Source: Ostreococcus lucimarinus (taxonomy: Eukaryota). Taken from it: a DNA stretch of 64,000 bases. A program made the translations under genes and the position numbers. How positions within the stretch are numbered: position 1 is the stretch's first letter; the number at the start of each line of letters is the position of its first letter. The notes beneath the pieces are model-generated. The model saw only the letters and a list, made by a program, of their open reading frames with translations. It did not search any database and was not told the DNA's origin. Location of the stretch: the NCBI GenBank assembly GCA_000092065.1, contig CP000587.1. One strand, written 5' to 3'. Positions 39,469 to 50,017 of this stretch are shown here, piece by piece.

Positions 39469-39691
39469 GTCGAAGCCGTCGTTTATTCGGTCGCTTCGTT
39501 CGCTCGGTTCGCGCGGATCGCGCGAAAGTGACGCGCGCGGGTGGACGCTGACGATGATGATTGATGATGACGAATCGCGTCGCGTCAACGCCGACACGCT
39601 TCGACACGCTTCCATGGTGAAACTAGTCGCGAAGGCGCGTTACAACAAAATAGAGCGTCGCGAAGGAGCGAGACTAGGACGCGCGGATCGA

Positions 39692-42600
39692 TCACACGAA
39701 CGCGTTGCTGGCGCTGAGGTGCTGGATCAAACCGAGGGCCAAATCGCGGTCGACGCCGCTTCGCTCGGCGACGGCGCGCTGCTCGGTGAAGGTGAGCGTC
39801 TCGAATTTGGAGAGTAAACCGCCGTCGAGGACGTCGAGGGGGGCGAGTAATTGCACATGCTTGCCTTCGAAGACTTTGGGGGTGCGAAACGTGCGCGGGT
39901 TGCAACCGATCGGTGAGCGCACCGTGGTGTTCAACTCGCGTTGAAGGGCGTGGAGCTTGGCGTACGTCGGCTCGTCGGTGGGCATGAAGATGCCCAAAGC
40001 GCCGTCGAGCGTGCCGAAGAAGACGGCGTGTCGATTGGTGCCTTTGGGGCGTTCTCCCGGCGCGGCTTTCGCGGTCGTACCTTCCACGTTAAAACGCACC
40101 ATGCGAGAGATGGGCGAACCGACGTGGTACGCCGAACGCACGAGGAGTTTCTGTCCTTTCCACGACTCGAGCGATTTTGGATCGTAGCCAAAGATGCGCG
40201 CGTTGCCGCTCATGTCGGACCCGAGCAAACTCAGAGTGGCGCCGTCGATCAAGAACTCTGTGCTCACGACGTCCATGCGATCGAAATCCTTGCTGAGCTG
40301 AATGATCGACTTCTCGAAGCCGTTCGCCTTCCAGCGGAAAAAGTGCAAGCCCTTCTCTAAATCGCCCACCAGGATGAAATTCTTCACGACGTTGATGCTC
40401 ACGGTGTGAATTGGGGTGTCGAAGAAAGCGACACTATTCAATTCGACGCCATCCCACGTGTGCACGGTGAGCTTGGTACCGACCGCAACAATCAGGTGAC
40501 CGTCGAGCGCCGATAACGCGGTGCACGCCATCTTCGCTTCGCGCACGCAGCACACTTGTCCTTTCCATCTGTACCCATCCATGGATTCGGCGTCGCGCTC
40601 CCACACCATTTGAAATAAAATGACGCGACCGCGACACGGCGTGTCTTCTCCTCCAGGCATCGCCGTACCGACGGCAAGAAGTGAAAGGAGTGCCCCAGTG
40701 TTAATGTCTCTCAATTGGACATTTCGAACGCACTGCACGTGCTCGCCCGGTTCGAGCGCGTGTTGCCACGCGCTATCGAGCGATCCAGGAACGAGGAGTC
40801 GCACCGAGTATTGTAACTCCATGTCATCGTTCGCTTTCGCGCGCTCGCGTCGCACTTTTGCCAAGGCGATACCGTGGACATTATCTTGCTCTATTTCCCG
40901 TTCGACCCAAGGCACAGGAGCTGATGTAACCAGTGCGTAGAGCTTGAAATCTGGCAGGTACGTAATCGTGTGCGGCGTACACTTGAGCGCCACCTTGCGC
41001 ACCGGCCACGCAGCTTCGTAGTGCATTTTACTAGGCATCTGACAAATGCGCACGCCACCCAACGCGGTGCCTAGAATGAAACCGTGCGGACAGTTGACGT
41101 TGTGGAATACCGTGAATGCGACGACCTCGCCTTCACCACGCGTCGGGAGAGCTAATACGCGAGACCTGCGAACGATGAGCCACAACGGGTTTGGGCCTGC
41201 GACAAAGATGCCTTGCACGCCTTGTCCTTCGCCGACGTTACCGATGCGCGTCAATCGCGCGCCCGCTAGGGAGTCTCTAAGCTGACCTGCGGCGCCTATG
41301 CCAGCGACATTCAAACCAGAACCTTCAACGTCGACGTTGACGCGAGAAAATCGCAACTCATTCTTTTCGAGCGGTTCGTCTTGTCCTTCGTACGTCGTCC
41401 CGGCGGGAACAATGAAACCCTTATACAAGAGCAACGTGCCATCGCCACGCACTGCGGTGAGCAAAGGGCGCTCGTGCGCATCTTGGAATGAATCGATGCG
41501 AATATCGACAATCTCAGGGACACTGGACTCAGCGTTGACGGGTGTTTGCGGACTCAATACGCGCATGCCCTCGGACAGCCCATCGGCGCACCAGATGCGC
41601 GTGCAGCTGGGCAACGAAAACAATTCCAGACTTCCACCCTCGCGCGTCAGCGCGACGATGGCCTCGCTGTTGTTGCACGCGCCGCTCTTCTTGTTCCCTT
41701 CCAAACCCGTAATGGTGCCATTCGTCGCAGCTCGATGAATCCATCCGCTCTTGCGTTCGCCCCCGCCCGCCGCGTCTGCGGCTTCAACAGAATCATCCAC
41801 CAGAGCGAACGCCGTTACTGAAGATGTTGGGATCGCCCCCGTTTCCATCAACGAAACACTCATCTGTTTTTCGTCTCCGGACAACAATCTTATCGAACCA
41901 TCCGATAGCCGAACGATGATGTAAGGATCTAAAATCTGTGCGGACGCGATCGCGGCTCCCTTCGGTGCGTCCATGTCCTGCAAACCGACGTCTTGTACCT
42001 TCACGCCTCCCTTTAACACGCGGATGCCCGTTCCCGTGACTTGGACCGAGCAGTAATGTCCGAAAATATTCGACGCCGCCAACGTGGCTTGATTCGTGAT
42101 GAACTCGAGCGAGGCGCTCACTTCTTGAAGCTCCTCGCCGGTTTCCATGATCATCGTCGACGACTTCATGCTCAGTAACAAATGATGATGGAAAGGTTCG
42201 CGTTCTTCTTTCGAACCTTCTTTGCGATAGTGCAACGTCCACAAACCTTGTAAATTGGGCAGCGTACCGGATTCGACTTCGGTGACGAGTTCAGGCTGGA
42301 CGCCACGAGTCAAAATTGCCAGCGCACCGTTCTTCCCTTGACCGCACGCGGTGATGAGCTCGGTGCGCTCGTTCTTGTTCGAACCCATGGGCGCGCTCGC
42401 GCCGACGGCGATATCCACCACAGGCGCGACGCCGAGCAAAGAGTCCTTGACCTTCAAATCGTAACCAGCAACCTTCAAGCCTGGGATGATGCCGGCCAAG
42501 CCTTCGCGCTTCTTCTCCGTTTGCACGGCGTCGGTCTGCACAGTCTCCGTTTTCGTCGTGCCGTAGAGCAACGCCTCGAGCTCGTCATCGTCATCTTCGG

Positions 42601-44035
42601 GACTCGGCGTCGACGGCGCTGGTGGCGGCGCCTCGGCGGTTTTGGCGCGTTTGCGATTCGCCGCGCCGCCCGATTTAGAGCGCTTACCCTTCGACTTCTC
42701 CGTCGCCTCATCCTCGCTCTCGTCTTCGGCGTCGGGAAGCATGAGAGGTGCCGTCGGTTCTTCTTTAGGCGTGAACTTCACCAAAAGCGAGTCACCAATG
42801 CGACTTCCTAGGAACAACAAATCTCTCGACAGCAGACACATGCCCGAAGAGAGCACAGCGCCGCCGGCGCGCTGAAGCATCATGCGACGTAAACTACGGC
42901 CATCGGTGTGAAGAGCTAAGAGCAACAACGCACCGGTTTTTGTTGTCACCAAGACGCGATCTTCCGACACAACAGACGCCTGAGCGCCATCTAACGTGAT
43001 CTCTAATCCGCAATCGACGGCGCGCGCCGCGCACGCCGGCGGCGGGTTCGCCATGGCGTTCTCCCCCATTCCCGCCGCGCGCGCGGCGACTTCGGCGTCG
43101 TTCCCTTCTTGCGGCCCACCGTGACCGAAAGTATTCAACCCGAGCACGGACGAGCTCTCTTGGGATTCGTGCAGCAAAAAGTCTTGCGAAAACACCAACG
43201 CGCCGCCGAGCGGCGGCAAGAGCGCCGTCAACTTGTACGAGCTCGACGGCAAGTTCTGCCGACGCCAAATCACCGTCCCCTTTTGCTTGTCAACGTCCAC
43301 GCTCAGCGCCACGATCTCACACGTATCTTTGCTCAGGTTATACCGCCCAGCCCACGTCGGCGTCTTTTCGTACAAAACCGCCAGCGCCGGCTCGCCGTAT
43401 CCGTGCAAAAAACACGCGTCGCGAATCAATCGCACCCCCGGCAGGTGCAGCGGGAACGACTCGCGCACGCTCGCCGCGGGTCCTCGCACGCGTCCCTCGT
43501 CGTCGTTCGCCACCAGCCCCAACCCCCCGTCCACGCTCGGCAGCACTCGCACCTTGCCCGCGACGCCGTCCTCCCGCAGCACCACCGCCGCGCACCGACC
43601 CTCGGGATCGCTCACCACCAGCGGCGCCTCTCTCGACATCCGCAGCGTCGTTCCCAGTGGATTACACCCCAGCGCACTCTCGAACGAGTGCATCGACGAG
43701 CAGCACACGTCCCCGGTCGCCGCGTCGTACTCCACCACGCTCAGCTTTCGCTCGCGAATCGCGATCAACAGCGCGTCTCGCTGATTCCTCGGCGCCCCGA
43801 ACCGTCGTCTCAGGACGCTCATCGACCCTATCGCGCCCTGCGCGTCGAACTCGGCGCACACGTCGAGCGATTCTTCGTCACCGCGCCGATTGACGGCGTA
43901 CACGGTGATGCGATTCGCGCTCGCGACGATCAGATTCGGGTCCCCGCCGTCGCCCACGGGGCGCGTGAAGTACGCCGTCACCGCGTGGTCGACGCCCGTG
44001 GGCGGGTGCACCTCGCGGTGCACCGCGTGCGACAT
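39692..44035 (-). CDS. CPSF1: Cleavage and polyadenylation specificity factor 160-kDa subunit (CPSF1; DDB1/SF3b130 beta-propeller family).
   Basis: MSHAVHREVHPPTGVDHAVTAYFTRP matches the CPSF160 N-terminus (MYAVYKQAHPPTG...). About 1447 aa with three beta-propeller regions and a CPSF_A C-terminal domain. The ORF-track N-terminal Arg-rich extension is read-through. Confidence 0.9.
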   Translation of the reverse strand: MSHAVHREVHPPTGVDHAVTAYFTRPVGDGGDPNLIVASANRITVYAVNRRGDEESLDVCAEFDAQGAIGSMSVLRRRFGAPRNQRDALLIAIRERKLSVVEYDAATGDVCCSSMHSFESALGCNPLGTTLRMSREAPLVVSDPEGRCAAVVLREDGVAGKVRVLPSVDGGLGLVANDDEGRVRGPAASVRESFPLHLPGVRLIRDACFLHGYGEPALAVLYEKTPTWAGRYNLSKDTCEIVALSVDVDKQKGTVIWRRQNLPSSSYKLTALLPPLGGALVFSQDFLLHESQESSSVLGLNTFGHGGPQEGNDAEVAARAAGMGENAMANPPPACAARAVDCGLEITLDGAQASVVSEDRVLVTTKTGALLLLALHTDGRSLRRMMLQRAGGAVLSSGMCLLSRDLLFLGSRIGDSLLVKFTPKEEPTAPLMLPDAEDESEDEATEKSKGKRSKSGGAANRKRAKTAEAPPPAPSTPSPEDDDDELEALLYGTTKTETVQTDAVQTEKKREGLAGIIPGLKVAGYDLKVKDSLLGVAPVVDIAVGASAPMGSNKNERTELITACGQGKNGALAILTRGVQPELVTEVESGTLPNLQGLWTLHYRKEGSKEEREPFHHHLLLSMKSSTMIMETGEELQEVSASLEFITNQATLAASNIFGHYCSVQVTGTGIRVLKGGVKVQDVGLQDMDAPKGAAIASAQILDPYIIVRLSDGSIRLLSGDEKQMSVSLMETGAIPTSSVTAFALVDDSVEAADAAGGGERKSGWIHRAATNGTITGLEGNKKSGACNNSEAIVALTREGGSLELFSLPSCTRIWCADGLSEGMRVLSPQTPVNAESSVPEIVDIRIDSFQDAHERPLLTAVRGDGTLLLYKGFIVPAGTTYEGQDEPLEKNELRFSRVNVDVEGSGLNVAGIGAAGQLRDSLAGARLTRIGNVGEGQGVQGIFVAGPNPLWLIVRRSRVLALPTRGEGEVVAFTVFHNVNCPHGFILGTALGGVRICQMPSKMHYEAAWPVRKVALKCTPHTITYLPDFKLYALVTSAPVPWVEREIEQDNVHGIALAKVRRERAKANDDMELQYSVRLLVPGSLDSAWQHALEPGEHVQCVRNVQLRDINTGALLSLLAVGTAMPGGEDTPCRGRVILFQMVWERDAESMDGYRWKGQVCCVREAKMACTALSALDGHLIVAVGTKLTVHTWDGVELNSVAFFDTPIHTVSINVVKNFILVGDLEKGLHFFRWKANGFEKSIIQLSKDFDRMDVVSTEFLIDGATLSLLGSDMSGNARIFGYDPKSLESWKGQKLLVRSAYHVGSPISRMVRFNVEGTTAKAAPGERPKGTNRHAVFFGTLDGALGIFMPTDEPTYAKLHALQRELNTTVRSPIGCNPRTFRTPKVFEGKHVQLLAPLDVLDGGLLSKFETLTFTEQRAVAERSGVDRDLALGLIQHLSASNAFV

Positions 44036-44350
44036 CGCGGCGCCGCGCGCGTCGAGGGCGGCGCGAAATGCAGGTCGAATGCGATCGAAGGCGCGCGTCG
44101 CTCGACATCGCGACGCCGCCGACGCGCCGGCGCGTCGATGCGGACGGCGACGCGGACGACGACGACGACGACGGCGACGGCGACGCGCGCGCGACGCGGG
44201 ACGCGCGCGACGACGACGACGCGCGCGGACGCGCGCGGTCGACGGACGACGCGCGCGCGCGGGACGTTCGAGGACGACGACGCGGGCGCGCGGACGACGC
44301 GCGCGCGCGGCGACGGGCGCGCGGGAGAAACGCGGGCGCGGGACGACGCC

Positions 44351-45769
44351 ATGGGCGGCGCGCGGCGAGGCGCGGGCGCGGAGGACGGGACGACGGCGGC
44401 GGCGGCGACGGCGAGCGCGGCGCGAGACGACGCGGGTCGGAGGAAGACGAAGGAACGGCGCGTGCTGTTCGGGGTGCCGATGTCGCCGGAGGTGTACGCG
44501 ATCGCGTTGGTGTATTTCGTGCAGGGCGTGATCGGGCTGTCGCGGTTGGCGAAGGATTTTTATCTCAAGGATGAGCTGCGCTTGGGGCCGAGCGAGACGG
44601 CGATGATTTTGTCGATTTCGCAAGCGCCGTGGTTGATCAAGCCGCTGTGGGGGTTTCTGAGCGATTCAGTGCCGCTTTTTGGCTATCGGAGAAAGTCGTA
44701 CTTGATGGCGTGCGGCGCGGTGGGGTGTTTGGGTTGGGCATCCATGGCGACGTGGGTGGACGCGCCGGAGACGGCGCTCGTGGCGTTCACGCTCGGGTCG
44801 CTGAGCATCGCGTTTAGCGATGTTTTGATCGATAGTATCGTCGTCGCAAAGGCGAGAGGTGAAGAACAAGGGGTGTCGGGATCGTTGCAATCGCTTTGCT
44901 GGGGGTTCGTCGCCATCGGGAGCATCGTGAGTTCGTATTTTAGCGGGAGTTTGATTGAATCGTACGGCACGAGATTCGTCTTCGGCGCCACCGCGGTGTT
45001 TCCGCTCATGATCGCCGGAGCGTCGACGTTGGTGCAAGAGAAGCCGATCGTCGAGACCGCGCAGGTGTCGAGCGAGGGCGTGTTGAGTGATTTCAAGGCG
45101 ATGTCGGGGAAATTGTTCCAAGTCGCCAAGCGGCGAGACATTTGGGCGCCGGCGTTCTTCGTGTTCTTGTGGCAAGCGACGCCGAGCGCTGGGACGGCGA
45201 TGTTTTATTTCAACACGAATGAGCTCGGATTTTCGCCAGAGTTCTTAGGCCGCGTGGCCCTCGTGCGCGCGTTTTGCGCGCTCGGCGGCGTGGCGTTGTA
45301 CAACGGTTACCTCAAGCGCGTACCGCTCAAAAAGATGTTTTTGTGGACCTCCATCTTGGGCACCGCGCTCGGCTCCACTCAACTTTTACTCGTGAGTCGC
45401 ATGAATTTAGAGTTAGGGATTAGCGATAAAGTGTTCGCGCTCACCGACACCGCGGTGTTGACGGTTTTGGGCGAAGTGAGCTTCCTGCCGGTGCTCGTCT
45501 TGGCGGCGAAAATTTGCCCGGAGGGCGTAGAGGCGACGTTCTTCGCGGCGCTCATGTCTCTCTTCAACGCCGGCGGCGTGACGAGCGAGTTTCTGGGCGC
45601 TGGGTTGACCAAATCGCTCGGTGTTACCGCGGACAACTTCGACAACCTCTTTTTGCTGTTGTCCATTTGTCTCGTCACCGGTTTACTCCCGCTCGCAGCC
45701 ATCAACCTCATAGACGAAGTCAAGGACGACGACGCGGACGACGTCGAGTCGGCGCAAAAGAACGCGTGA
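44351..45769 (+). CDS. Folate-biopterin transporter (BT1 family, MFS).
   Basis: MSPEVYAIALVYFVQGVIGLSRLA...APWLIKPLWGFLSDSVPLFGYRRKSYL is the BT1 signature, with 12 predicted transmembrane segments. The start could be 44351 or 44480. The ORF-track 5' extension is antisense to CPSF1. Confidence 0.8.
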   Translation: MGGARRGAGAEDGTTAAAATASAARDDAGRRKTKERRVLFGVPMSPEVYAIALVYFVQGVIGLSRLAKDFYLKDELRLGPSETAMILSISQAPWLIKPLWGFLSDSVPLFGYRRKSYLMACGAVGCLGWASMATWVDAPETALVAFTLGSLSIAFSDVLIDSIVVAKARGEEQGVSGSLQSLCWGFVAIGSIVSSYFSGSLIESYGTRFVFGATAVFPLMIAGASTLVQEKPIVETAQVSSEGVLSDFKAMSGKLFQVAKRRDIWAPAFFVFLWQATPSAGTAMFYFNTNELGFSPEFLGRVALVRAFCALGGVALYNGYLKRVPLKKMFLWTSILGTALGSTQLLLVSRMNLELGISDKVFALTDTAVLTVLGEVSFLPVLVLAAKICPEGVEATFFAALMSLFNAGGVTSEFLGAGLTKSLGVTADNFDNLFLLLSICLVTGLLPLAAINLIDEVKDDDADDVESAQKNA

Positions 45770-45864
45770 GTTAGTTTAAGAGCGCGACGTAGACGTAGAA
45801 ATTATTACATTATTTACTACAGACTCGTGTAACCGCCATTCGCGCGCAACCTCGCCTCGAACTT

Positions 45865-45927
45865 GGTCGCACCGCGGAGTCGAACCGCGAGACGAGCGCC
45901 CTTCGGCGCCGCCGACCCTCTTGCGAC
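45865..45927 (-). pseudogene. tRNA-like remnant (T-arm plus acceptor 3' strand; too short for an intact tRNA).
   Basis: The minus strand reads ...CGCGG-TTCGACT-CCGCG-GTGCGAC-C: a perfect T-stem with a canonical TTCGAnT loop, and the GTCGCAA 7-mer at 45921-45927 pairs 6 of 7 with the acceptor 3' strand. Only 63 nt, with no D-arm and no proper anticodon arm. Confidence 0.25.
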
Positions 45928-46620
45928 GGGACCCTCCGGCTCGCCTTCTGAGGCGGCCTTCACAGGGAAAATATATACGGGTGATCTAAGGAAGTAGAAA
46001 ACTAACCAATAATTGCCGCCGTGCAGTGCGGTTCGTTCGTTCGTTTTGTTTGCCTATGTTCTGAAAAACGTTGGAGGACAAATTTTGATCTACCGCAGGA
46101 TACCGTGTTTTGTTTTGCGTGAGGCTGAAAGATGGTCGAAACATGCATGTTGTGATCTGGAGGATCGAGCGCGTAAACGAGTAAACAAAAGAGGTTCACG
46201 TAAACCTGATCAAGAGCGCCCATAATAAATGCTATCGAAGCAAGCATATCAACATGATGGATGACTGCGGAGAATAAATCCAAGCGAAGCGCGCGAAGCG
46301 CGTGAATGATAAAGAACAAACAGACAAACTTTTTCTCGCACTATCGGCGAAGGAGGATCCAAAATAACGCATCGGCGATCTACGAATGAAACGACGCGAC
46401 GCTTGAAAACACTCAAAAAGCAAACCTCGTCCAAAGCGCGACGAAACGTGCGAAAAACGCGCGCGCGTCCGCGTTCGCGGTGACATTCTTTCTGCGCGTC
46501 GCGATCAAACGTACCGCCCGAGGGCGAACAACGGTAAACGGTAAACATAGAGTGCGCGTACGCTATCTTCGTCGCGGAAATCGCGCGCCGCGCGCCTGCG
46601 TTCGCGTGCGTGCACGAGTT

Positions 46621-46633
46621 TTTTTTTTTTTCG
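46621..46633. repeat. T13 homopolymer (A13 on the minus strand), followed by (gaat)3.
   Basis: Seen directly in the sequence. It could act as a Pol III terminator on the plus strand or be a poly(A) remnant on the minus strand. Confidence 0.9.
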
Positions 46634-46914
46634 CCCTAACGAATGAATGAATGCGTGCGTGATCGATTCACGCGAGATCTCCCGCCGTCCCGCTCGCGCG
46701 CGCCTTTCCCTGCCCCCCGCGCGAGCGCTCGAGCGCCGCCTCGCCCTCGCGCGCGCTCGGAGCGTCGACGCGCGCGCGACGCATCGCGCGCGCGTCGAGC
46801 TGCCGCGCCGATCCCTTCGCCCGCGGGGTGCCCTCGGGGTCGCGCATATTCGGACATTCGGACGATTTACGACGCACGCCGCGCTCCCGCGATGGCGTCG
46901 AAGACGTCCGCAGT

Positions 46915-47763
46915 ATGGCGCGCACCGCCGCGCGCGTCCTCGCGTCGCCGACGCCGTCGCCGCGCCGCGCGCGCGCGCCGCGCGGTGCGACGCGCGCCGC
47001 GATGTCGTCCTCGACGTCGTACGTCCCGCGGGGCCCGATCGAGCGCGCGCGCGTCGCCGTCACGGGCGCCAATCGCGGGATCGGGCTCGAGCTCTGTAAA
47101 GCGCTGCTCGCGCGCGAAAACGTCGTCGAGGCGGGGTGTCGACGCGCGAGCGACGCACTGCGCGCGCTCGAGCGCTCGAGCGATGGACGGTTGATCGTCA
47201 GCGAGGGCGTGGACGTCGGCGACGACGCGGCGATCGACGCGTGGGCGAGGGCGATGACGACGCGGGGACGACGACTGGACGTCGTCGTCAACAACGCGGG
47301 CGTCGTCGGAACGAACGGGTACGACGCGTGGGATTTAGAGACGACGACGGCGGAGGAGATGATGTACGTGTTTAAAATTAATTGCGTCGGGCCCACGCTC
47401 GTGGTTCGAGCGCTGCTGAGACACGGATTGATCGGCGCGGACGCGAACGCGCCGTCGCTCGTGGGCAACGTGACGTCCAAAGTCGGAAGCGTCGAGGACA
47501 ACGGATCGGGTCGAGGATACAGCTATCGCGCGTCGAAATCGGCGTTGAACATCGTCACGAAATCTATGTCCATCGATTTAGCGAGCCGAGGCGTGCATTT
47601 CGCGCTTTTACACCCCGGCTGGGTGAAAACGGACATGACGGAGAGCAGAGGCCTCATCGACGCCGAAGAGTCGGCGCGCGGTCTCATCCGCGTTTTGCAG
47701 GGCGAATTCGGCGATTGCGAGCGGTTTTGGTTCGATTACAAGGGCGACAAGATTCCTTGGTAG
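46915..47763 (+). CDS. Short-chain dehydrogenase/reductase (SDR).
   Basis: VAVTGANRGIGLELCKAL (TGxxxGxG NAD(P)-binding motif), NNAG, and the catalytic YSYRASKSALN (YxxxK). Confidence 0.8.
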   Translation: MARTAARVLASPTPSPRRARAPRGATRAAMSSSTSYVPRGPIERARVAVTGANRGIGLELCKALLARENVVEAGCRRASDALRALERSSDGRLIVSEGVDVGDDAAIDAWARAMTTRGRRLDVVVNNAGVVGTNGYDAWDLETTTAEEMMYVFKINCVGPTLVVRALLRHGLIGADANAPSLVGNVTSKVGSVEDNGSGRGYSYRASKSALNIVTKSMSIDLASRGVHFALLHPGWVKTDMTESRGLIDAEESARGLIRVLQGEFGDCERFWFDYKGDKIPW

Positions 47764-47998
47764 CGCATTTCGTGTCATCGACGCACGCGTAGACTCCGAA
47801 CGCGCCCCTTTCGCCCGCCCGAAACGCCCAAAGCGCCCCGCTCGACATCCACGTGGAAAGCGTCTTATCCGCGTCACCGCCGCGAAATTCGGTGGTCGAT
47901 CGCGTTCGTCACACGCGCGCGCGTCGAGCACGCGCGATTCGCGCCGCGAGCGGCGCGCTCGGCGAAAGAAATTTTTGCGCGTCGAATCGTCGTCCGTC

Positions 47999-49252
47999 AT
48001 GGACCGCGTGCCGAGCGCGGACGACCTCATGGCGACGTTTCTGTGGAACGCGCAGCGCGCGAGCGCGGGGACGCCGTCGAACGGGACGTCCGGCGCCGCG
48101 GCGCACGGCGCGCGCGGCGTGAACCGCACGCCGTCGCAGCACGAGATGGAGAGTTATTACAACGCCATGATGGCGAGCGCGGCGCACGGCGCGCACGCGG
48201 GATTCGGGGCGTACGGGGCGCTGGATGGATCGATCGCGCACGCGCGAGACGCCGCGGGGGGCGCGGGGAGCGCGCCGGGAAGTCGAGAGGGCACGCCGGG
48301 AATCCCGCGGGTGGCGTCGATCGACGTGCTGCGGAAGATGATCATGAGCGGGGGGCTGGGGGGGGGCGGAGGACCGGGAGGAGCGTCGCCGGGGTCGGCG
48401 ACGCCGACGACGGCGGCGGCGTTTTCGGCGTTCGCGAGCGGGGCGAATTTGGACGCGCTCGGCGCGGCGGTGGCGATGGAACAGAGCAAGGCCGACGATG
48501 AGGGGAAGAAAACGACGACGACGAGGTCCGGGGCGAAGCGCTCGGGGAGGAAACCCGCGGCGAAGGCGCCGGCGGCGAAGAAGGCGAAGGCGCCGCCGGC
48601 GAAGAAGGCGGCGGCGGCGACGACGACGCGCGGAGGAAAAGCGGCGAAGGACGCCGTGGCGTCGCCAGCAAAGGCGGCGGCGAAGGCGCCCGCGGCGAAG
48701 GCGCCCGCGGCGAAGGCGAAGGCGGTGGCGGCGAAGAGCGAGCCGTTGTCTTCGGACTTGGATCACGATAGCGACGGCGACTCTCGCGATGGCGACGGCA
48801 ACGGCGACATGCGACGCCGACGCCGAATGTTGAGCAACAGAGAGAGCGCCAGGCGCAGTCGGCGACGCAAGATTGAACACGTGGCCACGCTCGAAGGGCA
48901 AATCGCTCAGTTGACGGCTGAGTTGACGGCGGCGTTGCAACACACGCAAGGCGTGGAGCAGCGCTACCAGGCGCTCGTGCGAGAAAACCACACCATTCGC
49001 GCCGAGAAGGATAGACTTTTACAACTTCTCCGCGAGGCCGGTCCTCCGGGAGGTGGGGTGACGACGCCCAAGACGGGTTCCGCCATGGAGCGCAAATCTA
49101 GTTTACAGCGAATCTCGAGCAACGGAGACATCAAGGGCGAGCTCGGCAAGGGGTCGCCGACCATCGGTTTGGGCACGGGCTTCGTGCCGTTCCGATCGTT
49201 ACAGAGTTACGAAAACCTGCTCTTGCTCCAACAGAAGTCCGAGAAGCAGTGA
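47999..49252 (+). CDS. bZIP transcription factor.
   Basis: RRRRMLSNRESARRSRRRKIEHVATLEGQIAQLTAELTAAL: basic region N-x7-R plus a leucine-zipper heptad. Ala/Lys-rich AKAPAAK repeats upstream. Confidence 0.75.
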   Translation: MDRVPSADDLMATFLWNAQRASAGTPSNGTSGAAAHGARGVNRTPSQHEMESYYNAMMASAAHGAHAGFGAYGALDGSIAHARDAAGGAGSAPGSREGTPGIPRVASIDVLRKMIMSGGLGGGGGPGGASPGSATPTTAAAFSAFASGANLDALGAAVAMEQSKADDEGKKTTTTRSGAKRSGRKPAAKAPAAKKAKAPPAKKAAAATTTRGGKAAKDAVASPAKAAAKAPAAKAPAAKAKAVAAKSEPLSSDLDHDSDGDSRDGDGNGDMRRRRRMLSNRESARRSRRRKIEHVATLEGQIAQLTAELTAALQHTQGVEQRYQALVRENHTIRAEKDRLLQLLREAGPPGGGVTTPKTGSAMERKSSLQRISSNGDIKGELGKGSPTIGLGTGFVPFRSLQSYENLLLLQQKSEKQ

Positions 49253-49306
49253 ATCCGGCGTCGAATCCATTGTATTGCGCACCATTCATTCATCCTAGCC
49301 ACGACG

Positions 49307-50017
49307 GTGACTCACGCGCGCGCGCAGTCGCCACTCTTCGACGCGTCCACCATGTCGCCGGCGCTCGCGCCGTTCGCCGGCGCGCCGTTCGCGCGCGCGC
49401 GCCGTCCCGCGCCGACGCGTCGCGCGTCGCGCGCGCGCGCCAGAGAGAGCGACGACGCCCGCGCGTCGCTGTCGTCGCTCGACGCGATTTTATCCACCGA
49501 CGCCGACCGCGCGTCCTCGAGCGACGGCGCGTCGGCGCGCGACGACGCGCCGAGCGACGCCGCGACGCCGACTCGAGTGGTCTCGCGCGCGGTCGACGTC
49601 GCGCTCGACGACGACGTCGTCGCGCGGGTCGAGCTCGAGGTGCGCTCGGCGACGTCGCGGTTGACGCGCGCGACGATGAAATCGCCGCTCGGCATCGTCT
49701 TCGAAGACGTCGACGGCGACATCGCGGTGGTCGAGTTTTACGACGAGAGCGATCTGGGACCGCGCGGGCGCGGGATCAGGGAGGGAGACGTGTTGCGCGC
49801 GACGTCGGCGATGATTCCGGAGATGCGGTATCCAAAGTTGAACGTGATAGGCGGCGGCGTCGGGCGACCGGGATGGCGTCGGGTGATGTACACGTGCGCG
49901 TCGTCGCAGGACGGTAACTTGGACGACGTGACGTTCGATCAGGCGATGAAAGCGATCGGGTCGAACGCCAAGGCGGGAAATTACGACGTCGAGCTCGTGT
50001 TTGAACGCCGCGCGTGA
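49307..50017 (+). CDS. Hypothetical protein with an organellar presequence.
   Basis: N-terminus MSPALAPFAGAPFARARRPAPTRRASRARA. The C-terminal 120 aa has normal composition (LGIVFEDVDGDIAVVEFYDESDLGPRGRGIREGDVLRA, PDZ-like). The antisense ORF 49490..50797 is Arg-rich noise. Confidence 0.4.
   Translation: MTHARAQSPLFDASTMSPALAPFAGAPFARARRPAPTRRASRARARESDDARASLSSLDAILSTDADRASSSDGASARDDAPSDAATPTRVVSRAVDVALDDDVVARVELEVRSATSRLTRATMKSPLGIVFEDVDGDIAVVEFYDESDLGPRGRGIREGDVLRATSAMIPEMRYPKLNVIGGGVGRPGWRRVMYTCASSQDGNLDDVTFDQAMKAIGSNAKAGNYDVELVFERRA

Noticed and set aside
45865-45927. A possible intact tRNA gene suggested by a perfect GGTTCGACTCC T-loop.
   Set aside because: Only about 63 nt lie between the acceptor halves. 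There is no D-arm or convincing anticodon stem, and the seventh acceptor base pair is mismatched. I downgraded it to a tRNA-like remnant.
45950-46640. A U6/U2/U5 snRNA or telomerase RNA gene in the low-GC island (TATATA at about 45975, T13 terminator at 46621, one CCCTAA at 46634).
   Set aside because: I found no ACAGAGA/AGCA (U6), GUAGUA branch-site box (U2) or loop-1 (U5) motifs, and only a single telomere-complement hexamer located after the T run. That is not enough to support the call.
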